Shown: piece by piece, positions 51,113 to 64,000 of the stretch
How the letters are laid out: each line of letters starts with the position of its first letter
Position numbering within the stretch: position 1 is the stretch's first letter
Source of the DNA: Selaginella moellendorffii
Lineage: Eukaryota > Plantae > Lycopodiophyta
Reading direction: 5' to 3'
DNA: 64,000 nt
NCBI RefSeq assembly: GCF_000143415.4
Contig: NW_003314307.1
Location: 138,922 to 202,921 of the forward strand
The notes under the pieces: generated by a model
Databases searched by the model: none
What the model was told of the DNA's origin: nothing
What the model saw: the letters and a program-made list of their open reading frames with translations, nothing else
Program-made: the position numbers and the translations under genes

Positions 51113-53270
51113 TGTAAGCAACTAAATTTTCCATTCTATTTAAGTTATTTAACCCCACCTCCGACCACTTGGAGGAGTCTCACTCACAACCTCTATAAGT
51201 CTTATTCCAGACTTGGGGTTTGCTAGCCCCGAGAATGACATCTCTACTACTCAACCTTTGCACTTGGTCCAAGCGCTCTACGTGTTCGATCCCATGAACG
51301 AAACCCCAAGGTACCACCGATATATCAACCCATTATGTTAAGGCCATACCCATTCACCTTGGTCACACCAATGTTCTAACACTACCTGCATGACAATCCC
51401 GTCTCTTAAAGACTGGGCCATCCATCCCTAAGTGATCATCTTAGATCCACTCCTTAGCATCTTTAGGATGCCCGCAAACATGGGGAATGCCTTCCCGAAT
51501 ATCCCTTTTATATTTTCCACCAAGTCCCTTTTCTGTCCGTGGTCGCGTTCGCCAACATTACCACTGGGACAAGGCCTACAGGCCCAACCACTAAGTCCCA
51601 TTGTCCTCTGGGACTTCCTCATCACATGACCATATCCTTGGTTGCCACACTAGAGGACTATTCTTCTTCCTTTTCACAGTTTGGGACTTTGGGACAATAT
51701 TTTGGAACATTGTGGCCCTACGCGAACTTCATAGGTACTCTCCCCACCTTCTGCCTTTGGGTGCTCTAGCCATGGGCTTAGAGCAAGGTTTTGTTGAGCC
51801 AAATCAAGGATCCAAGTAGGTAGTGCCACCCACGCTTGAACTAAGAGTATCGACTATTCAATCTCCTAGGGGAATTAGAGCTAGCTCTTGAATACTTTAC
51901 CAAGCTACCCCGTTTGTTAGTTCATATTCACTCTAGCCTTGGACTTCCTAGTGGTTATCTTATCACCCAACACCTGGGTACAACCTTCTTAGGCTAAACT
52001 AGCCTTTCCTGGCCAAACTGGCTCCACTGGGGTCCCTCCCCTGGGGGACGATCACTTTGGGCTTTCACCCAACTTTTGGTATTAGTATTTGGACTCAGAC
52101 TCAGACTCGGTCTCGGTCTCAGTTTCAGACTCAGACTCAGTCTTGATCTTAGTCTTGGTCTCGGTCTCGGTTTCATCTCAGACTCCTTCTTTGACTCCAT
52201 CTCGGGTCCATCTTAGACTCCATCTCAGGTCCATCTTGAACTCCATCTTGTACTCCATCTCAGACTCCATTTCGGGTCCATCTCAGACTTCATCTTAGGC
52301 CCATCTTGGACTCCATCTCAGACTCTATCTAAAACTCCATTTCGGACTCCATCTTAGACTCCATCTCGGGTCCATCTCAGAATCCATTTCGGGTCCATCT
52401 CGGACTCCATCTCAAGTCTATCTTGGACTCCATCTTGAACTCCATCTTGGACTCCATCTCGGTCTCCATCTCATACTCCATCTCAGGTCCATCTTAGACT
52501 CCATCTTGGACTCCATCTCGGGTCCATCTTAGGTCTATCTTAGACTCCATCTCAGGTCCATCTCGGACTCCATCTCGGGTCCATCTTAGACTCCATCTCA
52601 GGTCCATCTTGAACTCCATCTTGTACTCCATCTCAGACTCCATTTTGGGTCCATCTCAGACTCCATCTCAGGTCCATCTCAGACTCCATCTTAGGCCCAT
52701 CTTGGACTCCATCTCAGACTCTATCTAAAACTCCATTTCGGACTCCATCTTAGACTCTATCTCGGGTCCATCTCAGAATCCATTTCGGGTCCATCTCGGA
52801 CTCCATCTCAAGTCTATCTTGGACTCCATCTTGAACTTCATCTTGGACTCCATCTCGGTCTCCATCTCATACTCCATCTCAGGTGTATCTTAGACTCCAT
52901 CTTGGACTCCATCTCGGATCCATCTTAGGTCTATCTTAGACTCCATCTCAGGTCCATCTCGGACTTTTCCACGTGTTATGTGTTAGTTCTTTTGTGCCCC
53001 TTTTTTAGAGATTCACTTATTGCTTGCTTCATGATTGTTCCTCAAGCACTATATTGGGAGTTTTACTCTGGCTCTTGACTTTTTGAGTCAAGGCTTTTTC
53101 AGCTCTCGACTTTTCGAGTCAAAGCTTTTAGTCCATATATATTACACTCATTTGGCTTTTGCCTCAGCCACTACCACGTGGCTTTCGGCTCCTCTTTGGG
53201 GCTTAGGGATTTTATGTCTCACAACTCCACCACCTATAGACAAAGTTCAATGTTCTCATCAAACGATAAA
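51113..53270 (-). mobile_element. Family-D 3' LTR (51113-53223, array expanded to about 870 bp) plus PPT
   Basis: TGTAAG...CTCACA followed by actccaccacc, the same PPT as element A. Confidence 0.85.
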
Positions 53271-53660
53271 CTATTTTATAAAGTAACACCAGCTTGTATT
53301 ACCCTTTCCATCCTTGGCACCTAACTAATATTCATCAATGGTTTGACACCAAAGGCTCACCATGCCTTGTCCATCCTCTAAGGAGTATATTCTCTCCAAC
53401 TGAGAGACTCATTAGACCGCTTATGGTGTTCCTCCCTCTTTTACTAGTTTAGTTTATGCTAAACTCGCTAGAGACACCTTCTCTATTTCAATTGGACTAC
53501 TCATTTGGGAATAACCTCAGCTTCTACCAGCATAACTATCGCATTTTGGAACTTTTAATTTTGATTTTTAAAAGTCAACTTCCTAAGTGTTTCTGACATC
53601 CTGTTTTGTACATGTTATGCAAGCTCCACTTCCCCATCCAAGGAAGATTTTTATTCAAGG

Positions 53661-53822
53661 TGTAGCACATGTAATCATGGGATGAGATTTGGATATACTA
53701 TCACCGTGGATCCTTGGAACCTTGGGGGATAAATGAGGATAAAATAGCCACTAAAGGTTCTCTCATCAAATAATTGCCCCTTTTCTAGTTGGCTTAAGGG
53801 GAGAGAGATAGAGTGCGCTACA
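53661..53822 (+). mobile_element. Solo TRIM LTR
   Basis: 162 bp, reverse complement of 49756-49917, TSD CAAGG. Confidence 0.92.
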
Positions 53823-55499
53823 CAAGGGCTCTACCTGAAAAATAGTGACAAATAAATAGAGACAAAAATGTAGAAGAAGAGAAGAAGATAGAAGAGAATA
53901 GAATTCAACCTCAAACCCCAAAGGTGTGAGTAAGGATAAATATATGTCACTCTCTCAACTCTACTTTGCACTAACAATCATAGGTGGGAAAAAAGATGGT
54001 TAATTCAATGCAAATTCATATAACAGTGAGTGGGGGTTGTTTTCCAGCACGTCTAAGTGTTACTTATATACTACATGATTTTATAACTATTCCTAACTGC
54101 TTTTTGTCTAGGTTGGGTTTTTCTTCTTTGAATGCTTAAACTTAAATGTAACTCCATTTTGCTTAAGCTTCCTTTTTCTGCTCTATATGGGAAGATATAC
54201 AAGATAAAACATTTACCTCTTCATCACTCCCTCACAACAAAGCTACTACCTATCCTCAGGCAGTTAGATTCTCCAAATCCTGCTCCAGATTGCTGAGCTT
54301 GGTCTTCATAGTGACAAGCTCAACACTTCTATATAGATTGTCGAGTTTCTGATGCATGATTTGATTCTCCTAGTTAAGCATAGTGATATGCTAGTCTTGG
54401 CGGTTGATGCACTCTACATCAGTGGTTGTGGAAGTTGGGATTGCACTCTTGAGCCCTTGGATTATATAGTGGTGATGATTCTGCTCATCCATGACTTCAT
54501 CCACTTCCTTAGTGATTGTTTTAAGGTAGCTCAAGATTTGTGTGAGTACTTTGTAGTTTCCTCATCTTCTACCAACTGCATTGGCTTGTCAACTGGCTAT
54601 TTGCCTCCTTTGATGTGTTGAGTAAGCTCCTCCATGAAGCTTCACATTGTTGGCTCACTAGGCTGACTTGCAAACTTGCGCAAAGGCGCAACTAGCCTTG
54701 ACTTTATAGTGTTGTTGTAGCATTTGCTACTACTATGGCTGCCTCATCTCGCTAGACTTGTCGGCCAAGGGAGTGTTGCTGTCGAATGTGTAGGTGGATT
54801 GGAGAAAATTTAACCCATACTCCTTTAGTTCACCTAAAATCTCCTTTGTGGCCTCATCCTCTTTGTCCTATTGAGTTTCTTGGCTATGATCTTCTTGGCC
54901 TAAACTCACCTCATTGGCTATATCTATAGCCAATGGTTTTACAACATATGTAGGCACATCATATGTTGGACCTTGTGGCCTAAGTTCTAGAATTTCTTCC
55001 ACAACTTCGGCATCCATCATTTGCATAGTGTTGTCCATTTGTGTACTCATCACTTCTTCGATACTCGAAGAAATTTGTATAGGCATCAGAGTTGTCTNNN
55101 NNNNNNNNNNNNNNNNNNNNNNNNNNNNNNNNNNNNNNNNNNNNNNNNNNNNNNNNNNNNNNNNNNNNNNNNNNNNNNNNNNNNNNNNNNNNNNNNNTGG
55201 TGTTAGGCAATTGGGAGACAAAGTGTGGTACCAATGGAGGTGCCCAAGAGAGATCTTGCATCGATAGTGCAAAAGTTGAGTCGATGGCTTGTGGTGGTAG
55301 CGTGAGGACAAATCCACTCTGCTGAATTGAGAATGCACTCAACCCAGTAGGTGGTGACAATGGCATTTGCTCTTGCGTGGCCTTAGGTGTCATACATTGC
55401 TTCGGAGTTAAGTCTAGAGTGTTAGTGCATCTTGAGGCGTAGGCATAGAGTGAGTAAAAGGGAAAAAGCAAGAGAGAAAAAGAAACTCCCTAGCCATCT

Positions 55500-56233
55500 C
55501 CAAGTTACTTAAGTCACCTTGCTTTATTGTGTTAGTCTTAAGCTTTGTCCTCTTGCCTTTGTTATTTTTATATGCAAACATATTGTGGAAAGTTTTTTCC
55601 TTGTTGGCCTAGTAATCTCTGCTCATTAATCCTCATGGTTTGTTCGCAAAGTTTATAGAATGGGGCAAGAAAAATGTAAATGTTACTTTTAGAGTATTTT
55701 CCCCTTCTTTTCTTTTTTTCTAAGTCTTGCATTGCTTGGGGAACATTTTTATAGGCCATATCAGCAAGATTTTGAGGAAAGGTCTGCTCCAAAGAAAGAA
55801 ATATCTATCCAATATATCCCTTGATTTCTTGTTTTAGAATTTCCCCATCAAAGAAAGCACTCAGATATATGAGGGTTTCTCTAGCATAAAAAAAACTTTC
55901 TTTATAAAGGAATTTGGTAGTGTTAGCAATTAAGGCCTATTTTATAAGCATAACTTCTGCCCATTTAATTATATAATCAATGGTGACTAAAATGTATTTG
56001 TTCCTCTTATTGCTTGTCACCATAAAACCCACAAAATTGAATCCCAATTTTTGAAATATTTCATATGGATAAGTAGGATTTAGTTTGTGAATTTTCTTTT
56101 TAGGCAGTAATTTATGTTTTTGGCAAAAGTTACAATTTTTACAGGAAATTGTTGTATCTTTCCAAAGTGTAGGCCACCATAATTTTGCTTGTAAGACTTT
56201 TCTAGTAGTAATTTTGTTTGTAAAATGGCCTCC
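55500..56233 (-). mobile_element. Decayed Athila/Tat-like integrase
   Basis: GGHFTNKITTRKVLQAKLWWPTLWKD...KYILVTIDYIIKWAEV on the minus strand. Confidence 0.7.
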
Positions 56234-56941
56234 TGTAGCGCATGTGGTTTTGACCCTTTATCCTATGGTGATTTACCATAGAATAACATTACGAAGCGGA
56301 ACCTACCCACTATCCCTACTATACATTTGGAACCCCCCCCCCCCCCCTTCTTGAGGAACACATGCTTTGGGCTTTCACCCTAAGCCTCCCTTAGTATCAG
56401 GAGTTAGTATTTGGGACAAGCTCGAAACTTACTAAATATGGAATGTCTTTAGATTGCGAATTTGGACACGGGACGAACACCATTGTGTTCAAGACAATCT
56501 CTACATTCTGTAGATGTGCCAAATGAGCAAATCTAGACACTTTCCATAAATAGCATTTGGGACCGAAATGGGACTAACACAAAGGGCATGATAGCGAGGG
56601 TGTTTGGCAGACATGGTAAGCTATCATCCAGCGATATTGAGGGACCAATCTCAATACACGAGGGTTTCTTGTCACTAGCCAGTGCAAGATAAAACGAGAC
56701 GAGAACTCCTTACCCGGGCTAAGTATGCTTAGCTAAATAAACACGTAGGAATTCCATCCTTATGCTCATCTGGCCAAGTACAGATGCAAAGTCCAGTTTA
56801 CTAACACTTGAACAAGAGGGGCTGATAAAGGGTCCAGCAATACCGACCTTCTGCCATCGTGGCAGTAAGGTAAGAGTGTCCGTTAAAGGGACTGGTCGAT
56901 ACCAAGGTACTTTCGATACCCGAAGTCACATGCGCGTGACA
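56234..56941 (-). mobile_element. Family-B LTR with internal deletion at ACCTA microhomology
   Basis: Start matches 44828 and jumps directly to cccactatccc. Confidence 0.8.
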
Positions 56942-59382
56942 ATTTATATTGGCCGACAGGTAACTTTTGATACCTGAAATCCTCCAAGTAAGTTATCATC
57001 CGATAAACTAATATTATAGTATAGGAACCACCAAGATCATCAAAATTGGTAAACACAGGATTCACCATCCAACAAAATTTAATAGCAAGTATATCATCAA
57101 GTAAACTCAATGATGAAACTTAACTACCGAAGATAGCAGATAATAAGCCAACAACTTACTAGAGATAACTCAAGGAACACAAAGTATCATTGACTGGCAA
57201 GCGAAATGCTCGCGAATGTATCACCCAAAGGAAATAACATCCCAATTCATCAGAACTAACTCGAGTAATAATCAACAAAACAGAATGAATATGCCAAGAC
57301 CAACAAACACTCATTCATGCCAACTATTCCACCAGCTAATCTGAATGGATCCCAATCAATAATACTAAGGAACCAGAGTTGTCTAAGCAAGTGCCAACAA
57401 CATCCTACCGATGTCTCAAACCCAAAAAACCAATCCAGAGCAAACCACAAAGAACGTGTGGTATCGCAAAAAGCCAAAAGCCATCAAAGAGAACAACTAA
57501 CTATCATGAGAGATGATCAATCATCCCATCAATGCAGTGATGCATAATCATCGTTGAAGAAAGAATCTACCATCCCGAAGAATGACAAATCATTCTATTT
57601 CAACAATAATCAAGAAAAACCATTGACAAAGATAATCAACTATCTTAGATGATAATCAATCATTACCAATGATTGCCATATGCAAATACTAACTTCTATA
57701 TCAAAGCTAACAAGCCAAAATGCCTTCCCCAACAACTTCTAGCAAATGGAACTTTGAGCATAAAAACTCAAAGAACCAAAAGCTTGAAGAAGTCTATAGC
57801 TAAATCTTTGTCTAACAATGATCACAAGTCTCACATGAACTAACTTCAATGCTAAAGAAGAAATTATGGTACAACCCACAATATCCTCCTCAATATATCT
57901 AGAGGCTAAACTTCATAATGCAAAGCTAATGAAGAGCACAACTGCATCAATCCAAAAGCTAAGCATAATGAAGTTATGCTCAACAAGTGATCATCTAATC
58001 AATCCTCCATGAATCCATCTATAGCAAAACGTAACTCACTTCATAGCAAGCGCAAGAAGAATCATCAATGATCGATATATTCCAACTCAAACCCAATAAG
58101 GATTCAAACACTTCAATATCAATCACTAACTCTTCTGCTTGTAGAGTTAGCATAGTCCACGATTAAATCACTTTTCAAGGAAAAGCTCAAAACTCAACCC
58201 CTACTAAATAATCTCATCTAGAACATAACTAACTCAAACTTGCCACTCAGTTCATTTGAATGTCAACATAATTGCTAATTAGCAAATGCGCAAATGCTAA
58301 TAACACAAAGCTATAGCCAAATCATCAACACTATTTTCATTGAGCCTAATGAAACTCAATATCAATCCTAAAGATAGACATCTCATCTCACTTGGAATCT
58401 CAACATCAAAGAATGTCAATAACAAGGCATCACTTTAATGCCATCAACACCAGAACAAAGCTAAAAGAAAGCAGAAGTGAATCACCACTCAAAACTCTCT
58501 TGCAACCAAGCTAACCAAAGTCGAAGACACTATACTTAGTATCCAAGACTAGTTCTTCAACAATACTCAGTTACAGATAACACATCATCAAGGAGTAATT
58601 CACCACATCCAAGACTCAATGAAATCCAACACCACGGACTAAACATAACCAAATGATATCGATAGAGATAAAGTCGGTAAAGCAAGCATCATCATTCGGT
58701 AAAGCAAGCCCATCACTGCTGAATCATCATCAAGTGAAGCAAGTGTCAACAGTCCTTGACAAAGTCTACAAGCAATCATTAGTTGCAAAGCAACCAACAA
58801 TCACTCTTCAACTTGCCTTCACAAGACCCAAACACTAACTCTTGTCATCAAGTTATATACTTGTCCAGCATGAACCTAATACCTCAGATATGAGATAAAA
58901 GTTCATAGACAAGCACAAACCAAATGACCACTCAAATCCAACTCAACCGCAATAAGCTCACTAATGTGTTCAGCCAATGGCTCTCAGCATGCCTTGAAGA
59001 GGCTAGCTATGCATAATCAACACTCAGTCGAAACTAAAGTGAAGACTATGAGATGAACTCATTTCGGTATACAACCTTCTCATAGACAAAGCTATAATAC
59101 GGGTACCAACATCTCAAACTCAAACAACTAAATTGGACATCACCATCCTCAGCCAAAGTGCAGGGCCACCAAGACTAAGTCAAGATCAGTGAGAGCTCAC
59201 TACTCTCATAGAGTCTTACGAAATGCAAGGTGTAACCTGCCACCAAGCATAATGCTACAGAAGAAAGGCACAAGGGTCACCCTTCTTAGAAAAGCGTAAT
59301 GGCCACTTTTCTACACTAACTCCAGACTCTATCCAACTTAATTGTTTTAGCCCCAAAAGTCAGCATCCCTTTCGGGCCGCAT

Positions 59383-59706
59383 CTGTAGCGCACCTGAATT
59401 TGGAGCCAAACTCCAAGCCCGTTGCACTACGAAACAAGGGTCCGGTACAATCCCATGAGCACCAGCTCCCCGTATCCAGCACCTGCACGCAAAATGGTGT
59501 TAGACGGAGTCTGGCACAATTTTGGCATACCAGTGGCCTAACGTAAGAAGGAGGGTACTCCACTGACTAGAGCAACATGGAGCTTGGGCTTAGACTCAAG
59601 CCGACAGCAGAACAAGGAGCGACACAGCCCAGCGGGAGCCAAACTAATGTCTCAGGTGGTCAGACATGCATTTCAACCACTATCCCTACTATACATTTGG
59701 AACCCT
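59383..59706 (-). mobile_element. Partial family-C LTR
   Basis: Matches 37360-37670. Confidence 0.75.
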
Positions 59707-62700
59707 TTTGCTTCCTTTGTGATTGCAACTAAACACTATTTCTTAAATGGTTTACTGAAATAGAATAATGGACTCAAAGTTTAAAAGGATTATTCAACAC
59801 ATGATAAGGTGGCTTAATCATCATCCTCAATTTGGTATATCATTTGGGCATTTTAGAGATAAGGGCAATTTATGGGATGGCAACTGTGTACATTTCTTCT
59901 ACAACTTTGTTGGTAATGAATGGCTGATTTTGCATTTGCAAGCGCTATGTGTCTAAGTATAAATGACTTTATTTACTGGTGGACTATCTCTTTAACATGT
60001 TGAATTTTGATATTGTTGATGCATTGTCATTTATTGTACATTTCGAATCATGTGCTGTTATTCTTTCCCTCTTTTTTGTTTTTGTATCCTAACATTCCTA
60101 TCTTGCTACAACTAACCATCAAATAAAGCTGATGTATGCTAGGATGTGTGTTTTAAATTTTTTTGCAAGTTCCATATAACTACAAAAAATAACACAAATA
60201 AATATATCAACAACATGTAAAAGATTACAATGGAATTTGCATATCTTAGGTGTCAAGACTGAGTATATAGAACTTGAGCTCCATGTCTTGGTATTTTTTT
60301 AATTGTGTACTGAGTAAAAATACTTTTATCTGAGCTGTAATGATGCCACTAAAATTCATAGTTTACCAAATAATAATAGAATTTCTATTATATTTTTGGT
60401 TTTACATTTTAAAAAAAACATAAGTAAATTTATCTAGATTGCTACTATATTTATATTGAACCTCATAAGGCAGCAACAAAGAATATTGAGAACATATAAT
60501 TATGGGTCAAAAAATAAACATTATTTATCACACAATATTAAATATGCAAACTTGAAAAGCAAGATTTAAGCTACAGTTATATGGTGAGTGAGAACCATCA
60601 GATAATCTATACACTTTTTATACATTAAAGAATAACTTTCACTTATTGGCTAGAATTATGCTAAAAGTTTTGTTTTAGTTGTGTATATATTAAGAACCAC
60701 AATCTTCACGGCTCATTTGTGCCATTATGGATTGTAGTTTTTGATCTTTTAATAGCTGTAGATCATGAAAACACAAATATATAATCTTTGATATAGATTA
60801 TAATATAAAAATAAAATACTTATAAAATCTCAAAATTTATGAAATTTAAGTCATTATATAATTATAAATAAAAAATAAAAATATTTTAAAATTCCAGATT
60901 TTACTATTATAGGTAATTTAAATAATATTTTGAATCATTACTAACTTTACAGGTCATTGATCTAAAATAGTCAAAACATCAAAAACTACAATCCGTGGTA
61001 CTGATGTAGAAATAGTACTTTGCACTAACAAATCATGGAAAATGAGGAAAGATAAAGTAAAATATAAATACTCAAGTTTTACCATCCACTAGAGATAGAA
61101 AAAAAATGTAAAGAATCACATAAAAGAAACTTTATAGATCTTCTTAAAATTTTATCTCTTTTTTTATTAATATTAGATCAATTTTATCTGAATATGACAT
61201 TTTTAATATAACTCTAACAGGCTTTATGAACTCTACATAGTTTCATCAGTCACTGATCAAGAGTTTGTAAGACATTTTGTAACTTATAATGTATAAGATA
61301 ACTACTATGAAAATAAAATGATGAAGAGGTAGAATACTTGAAACATAAAATAATGGAAAAGAAATTTTATGGAAATAAAAGGTTTAAAAATTCAAAAGAG
61401 TGATCTAAATAAGTTTCTCGAGAAAAGTGATTTAGATTAAAATGTAGTTATTAAATAGTGAGATTATAGGGATAATTTTTAAAATGATAAACCATGCTTC
61501 ATTAGGATTATATTTAGTTCATATACTTTTAGTAAACTAAATCTATTAAATATATAAGTCATTAATGTATTTAAATAAGTTATGATTTTGAAAGCTTTAA
61601 GAAAGTTTGAAAAATTTATCAATTTTCTAGGAGATTTTCTCTAGCAAAAATATTTAAAATCATATTAAGATGAAAATATTTAAATTAAGATTTAAAAATA
61701 AGTTACTTCTGAATGATTGAACAATACTTACTACTCAGTAATTATATAATTATATAATTATATATATAGGAAAATAAATAAACTTTAAAAATTATAAAGA
61801 TGTCAGTATATACTGATCTCATTACAGTTTACTATATTATAATACCATAATTTTATTTTGTATATGGTATTTTATTTAATATAATATAATACTGCTATTA
61901 TAATATTTATAAATATAAGTATGTATATATATGTATTACCCTATCTAAGTGATACACTAATTATAGTACTAAAGCATATGGACCATCAATTTGAAATTGG
62001 ATTTGGTCCATCCATTCTTGTATATAAACAGGGGTCTAAACCCCAATTAAGATACCCTTTCCAATATCCCGAACACTCACACTGGTGGAGGTGAGGGGCA
62101 TTATAATTTATCCATGAAAGGCAAAGCCTTTTGATAGTGTTTTGCTATAGTGTTTGGGATTGTGCTTTTTTATTCTTATTTTTTCATTCTCTTTTAAATC
62201 TAGATTTGTATTAGTTTTTTGCAAGATTTAGAATTCTACTTATCGTTGTGCTTAGATTTACTCTTTCTTTTGATCTTCATTGCATTCTCTTCTTTTACCA
62301 TGCCACACCATCATTGATCAAGGAATATATCACTTGAGACTACTAATGCTACTTTGTTGGATTGAACTTTTGGTGTTATGGGGTGTGATCATATTGATAT
62401 TGCACCCATCGTTAGTGTGTTGCCGTCTTTAGCTTTTGTGGGATGTGATTACACGTTATATCTTGTTCTCGGTGTTCTACCATCGTGTGTTGATGTCGAG
62501 TGTGATCATGATATTGATTGGTGAGCTATGGATGATGCAATCTAATTCTTGGAGAATGTTCGAGGATCAAGTTTATGGGAAGATAATGTGTACAAACTCG
62601 AGTGGATTCCAGAGTGTGATGATAAGCTTGATTATTATGGAGATAGCTTTGGAAATGAAATGGAGATTTTGCAGGGTAGATGTCAATATTTCAATTTGTC

Positions 62701-63717
62701 ATTTGATCCTTTCTCTTTCCTTTTGGCTCTTTCCCAACTTTTTCTTATTTCTCGGCTTGAGCCACCTTCTCATGTTCCTAGTATTTCTTCCTTATCTACA
62801 ATGTTTTCTTCTTTTAGCACATCGATCATTTATGACCCTTATGATTTTCTTTTTCAATCCAGTGTTGAGTTGAGTGTTTTTTATCCTCCTCATACTAATT
62901 TGGATGTTGAGTGTGTCCATGAAGTTGAGAATTTTACTTTTATTTCATTGGTAGAGTCTTTAATTAGTTCTAGTGTTGAGTATTCCCCTATTCCAAAAGT
63001 TGAGTCACTTTGGCCAGAGTTTCAAGTTAAATGCATGTCCCTACTTGTGAGTGCCACTAAGAGCCTTTGTTTTACTGTTACTGCTGAGGAATTTATATAT
63101 TCTCTTGAGAGTGTGGATTGTTATTGATTTTCCTATCTCAAGTGTTGAATTGTGTATTAACGAGGTTGAGCAGTGTGAATCTTTTGCTTATAATGTGATG
63201 ATTGAAATATTTTATGATAAGAAGTCCTTTATTTTCCAAGATTTAAACACATGTTCTTCTAATTTCCCCATTTCTGCATTGCCAGTTGTTGCAAATTCTT
63301 CTTCTAATGTTCTTTTTCTTCTTCCATAAGTGTTTTTTCTCAATTTTTCTTGGTTTTTTCTCAATTTTTGACCTAACATTCAAACTTTTTTTCTTCAGAG
63401 GAAGAGGGGATAGATGGGAGTCTGGCCCTGACGATGGAGTGAGGATGAGTGAATACAGTAATGGAGCGAGGACAAATGACATGGATTGTGGAGTGAAGAT
63501 AAACATAGCAAGTCTGAACAAAACATCCAACCCTAATGTAGTGAGGCTGAACGGATGAAATAGTGGAGTGAAGCTAGACATAGATGGTGGAGTGAGGATG
63601 AGTGCAGCAAGTCTAAATTGAGCCAGTGCTTCAAAACTTCTTTTTCTTCGAGAAAGGGATAAGGAGAATGTGAAGGACGAATGGAGTTCCTCTAGCCTCC
63701 CCAGTTCAAAGTTATGG

Positions 63718-64000
63718 TGTAAACTGCTTACAATCCACCACACTTCCCTGCAAGTTCACGCCCTCGTGAACAGAAGCTGAAAGCCGCAGCTCTCCCGGGT
63801 CGAGCCTAGCGGGAGCAAACTGGACCAGTTAGATGTCAATCAACATGTGGTGTGATTCCCTTAGCCAACCAACAGAGTCGGACCCGAGACCCCCTCTGAT
63901 ACCAAATGTAAACTCCTGAGTTTGGACTTCCCGGGAGGTCACCCAGCCTAGTACTATTCAAACCCAAGGACGCTTAACTCCAACTATCCCAAGACCCTTA
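63718..64000 (-). mobile_element. Cassandra TRIM with 5S rRNA-derived LTR core (runs off window)
   Basis: Minus strand of 63924-63979 reads AGTTAAGCGTCCTTGGGTTTGAATAGTACTAGGCTGGGTGACCTCCCGGGAAGTCC (5S A-box/IE/C-box region). LTR from 63907; PBS TGGTATCAGAG; 174-bp internal region; PPT GGGAAGTGTGGTGGAT. Confidence 0.9.

Noticed and set aside
62436-63743. Long hydrophobic or low-complexity ORFs
   Set aside because: T-rich biased sequence with overlapping frames and no recognisable domain.
63924-63979. 5S rRNA gene
   Set aside because: Only the internal promoter region is present, embedded in an LTR next to a PBS; it is Cassandra.

Overview
Eukaryotic land-plant DNA. The 43-75 nt introns are reminiscent of Selaginella-type genomes, but the species cannot be determined. 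The window is dominated by nested transposons around one apparently intact host gene, an endosomal NHX5/NHX6-type Na+/H+ antiporter (about 22 tiny exons, two U12 introns, one GC-AG intron). Mobile DNA includes a decayed Ty1/copia with a nested Ty3/gypsy, CACTA and Helitron remnants, several gypsy families with solo and nested LTRs, a complete 665-bp TRIM plus two solo LTRs, and a 5S-rRNA-bearing Cassandra at the right edge. The most striking object is a very young full-length chromovirus (26352-33883, minus strand, LTRs about 99.6% identical). Its integrase/chromodomain frame is restored only by removing short spliceosomal-type introns. A further candidate intron at the Gag/protease boundary would give a Gag-only protein if spliced. 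Captured host gene fragments (an EamA/DMT transporter and a phototropin-like kinase exon) are also visible. All comparisons were made by eye; no alignments or database searches were run.
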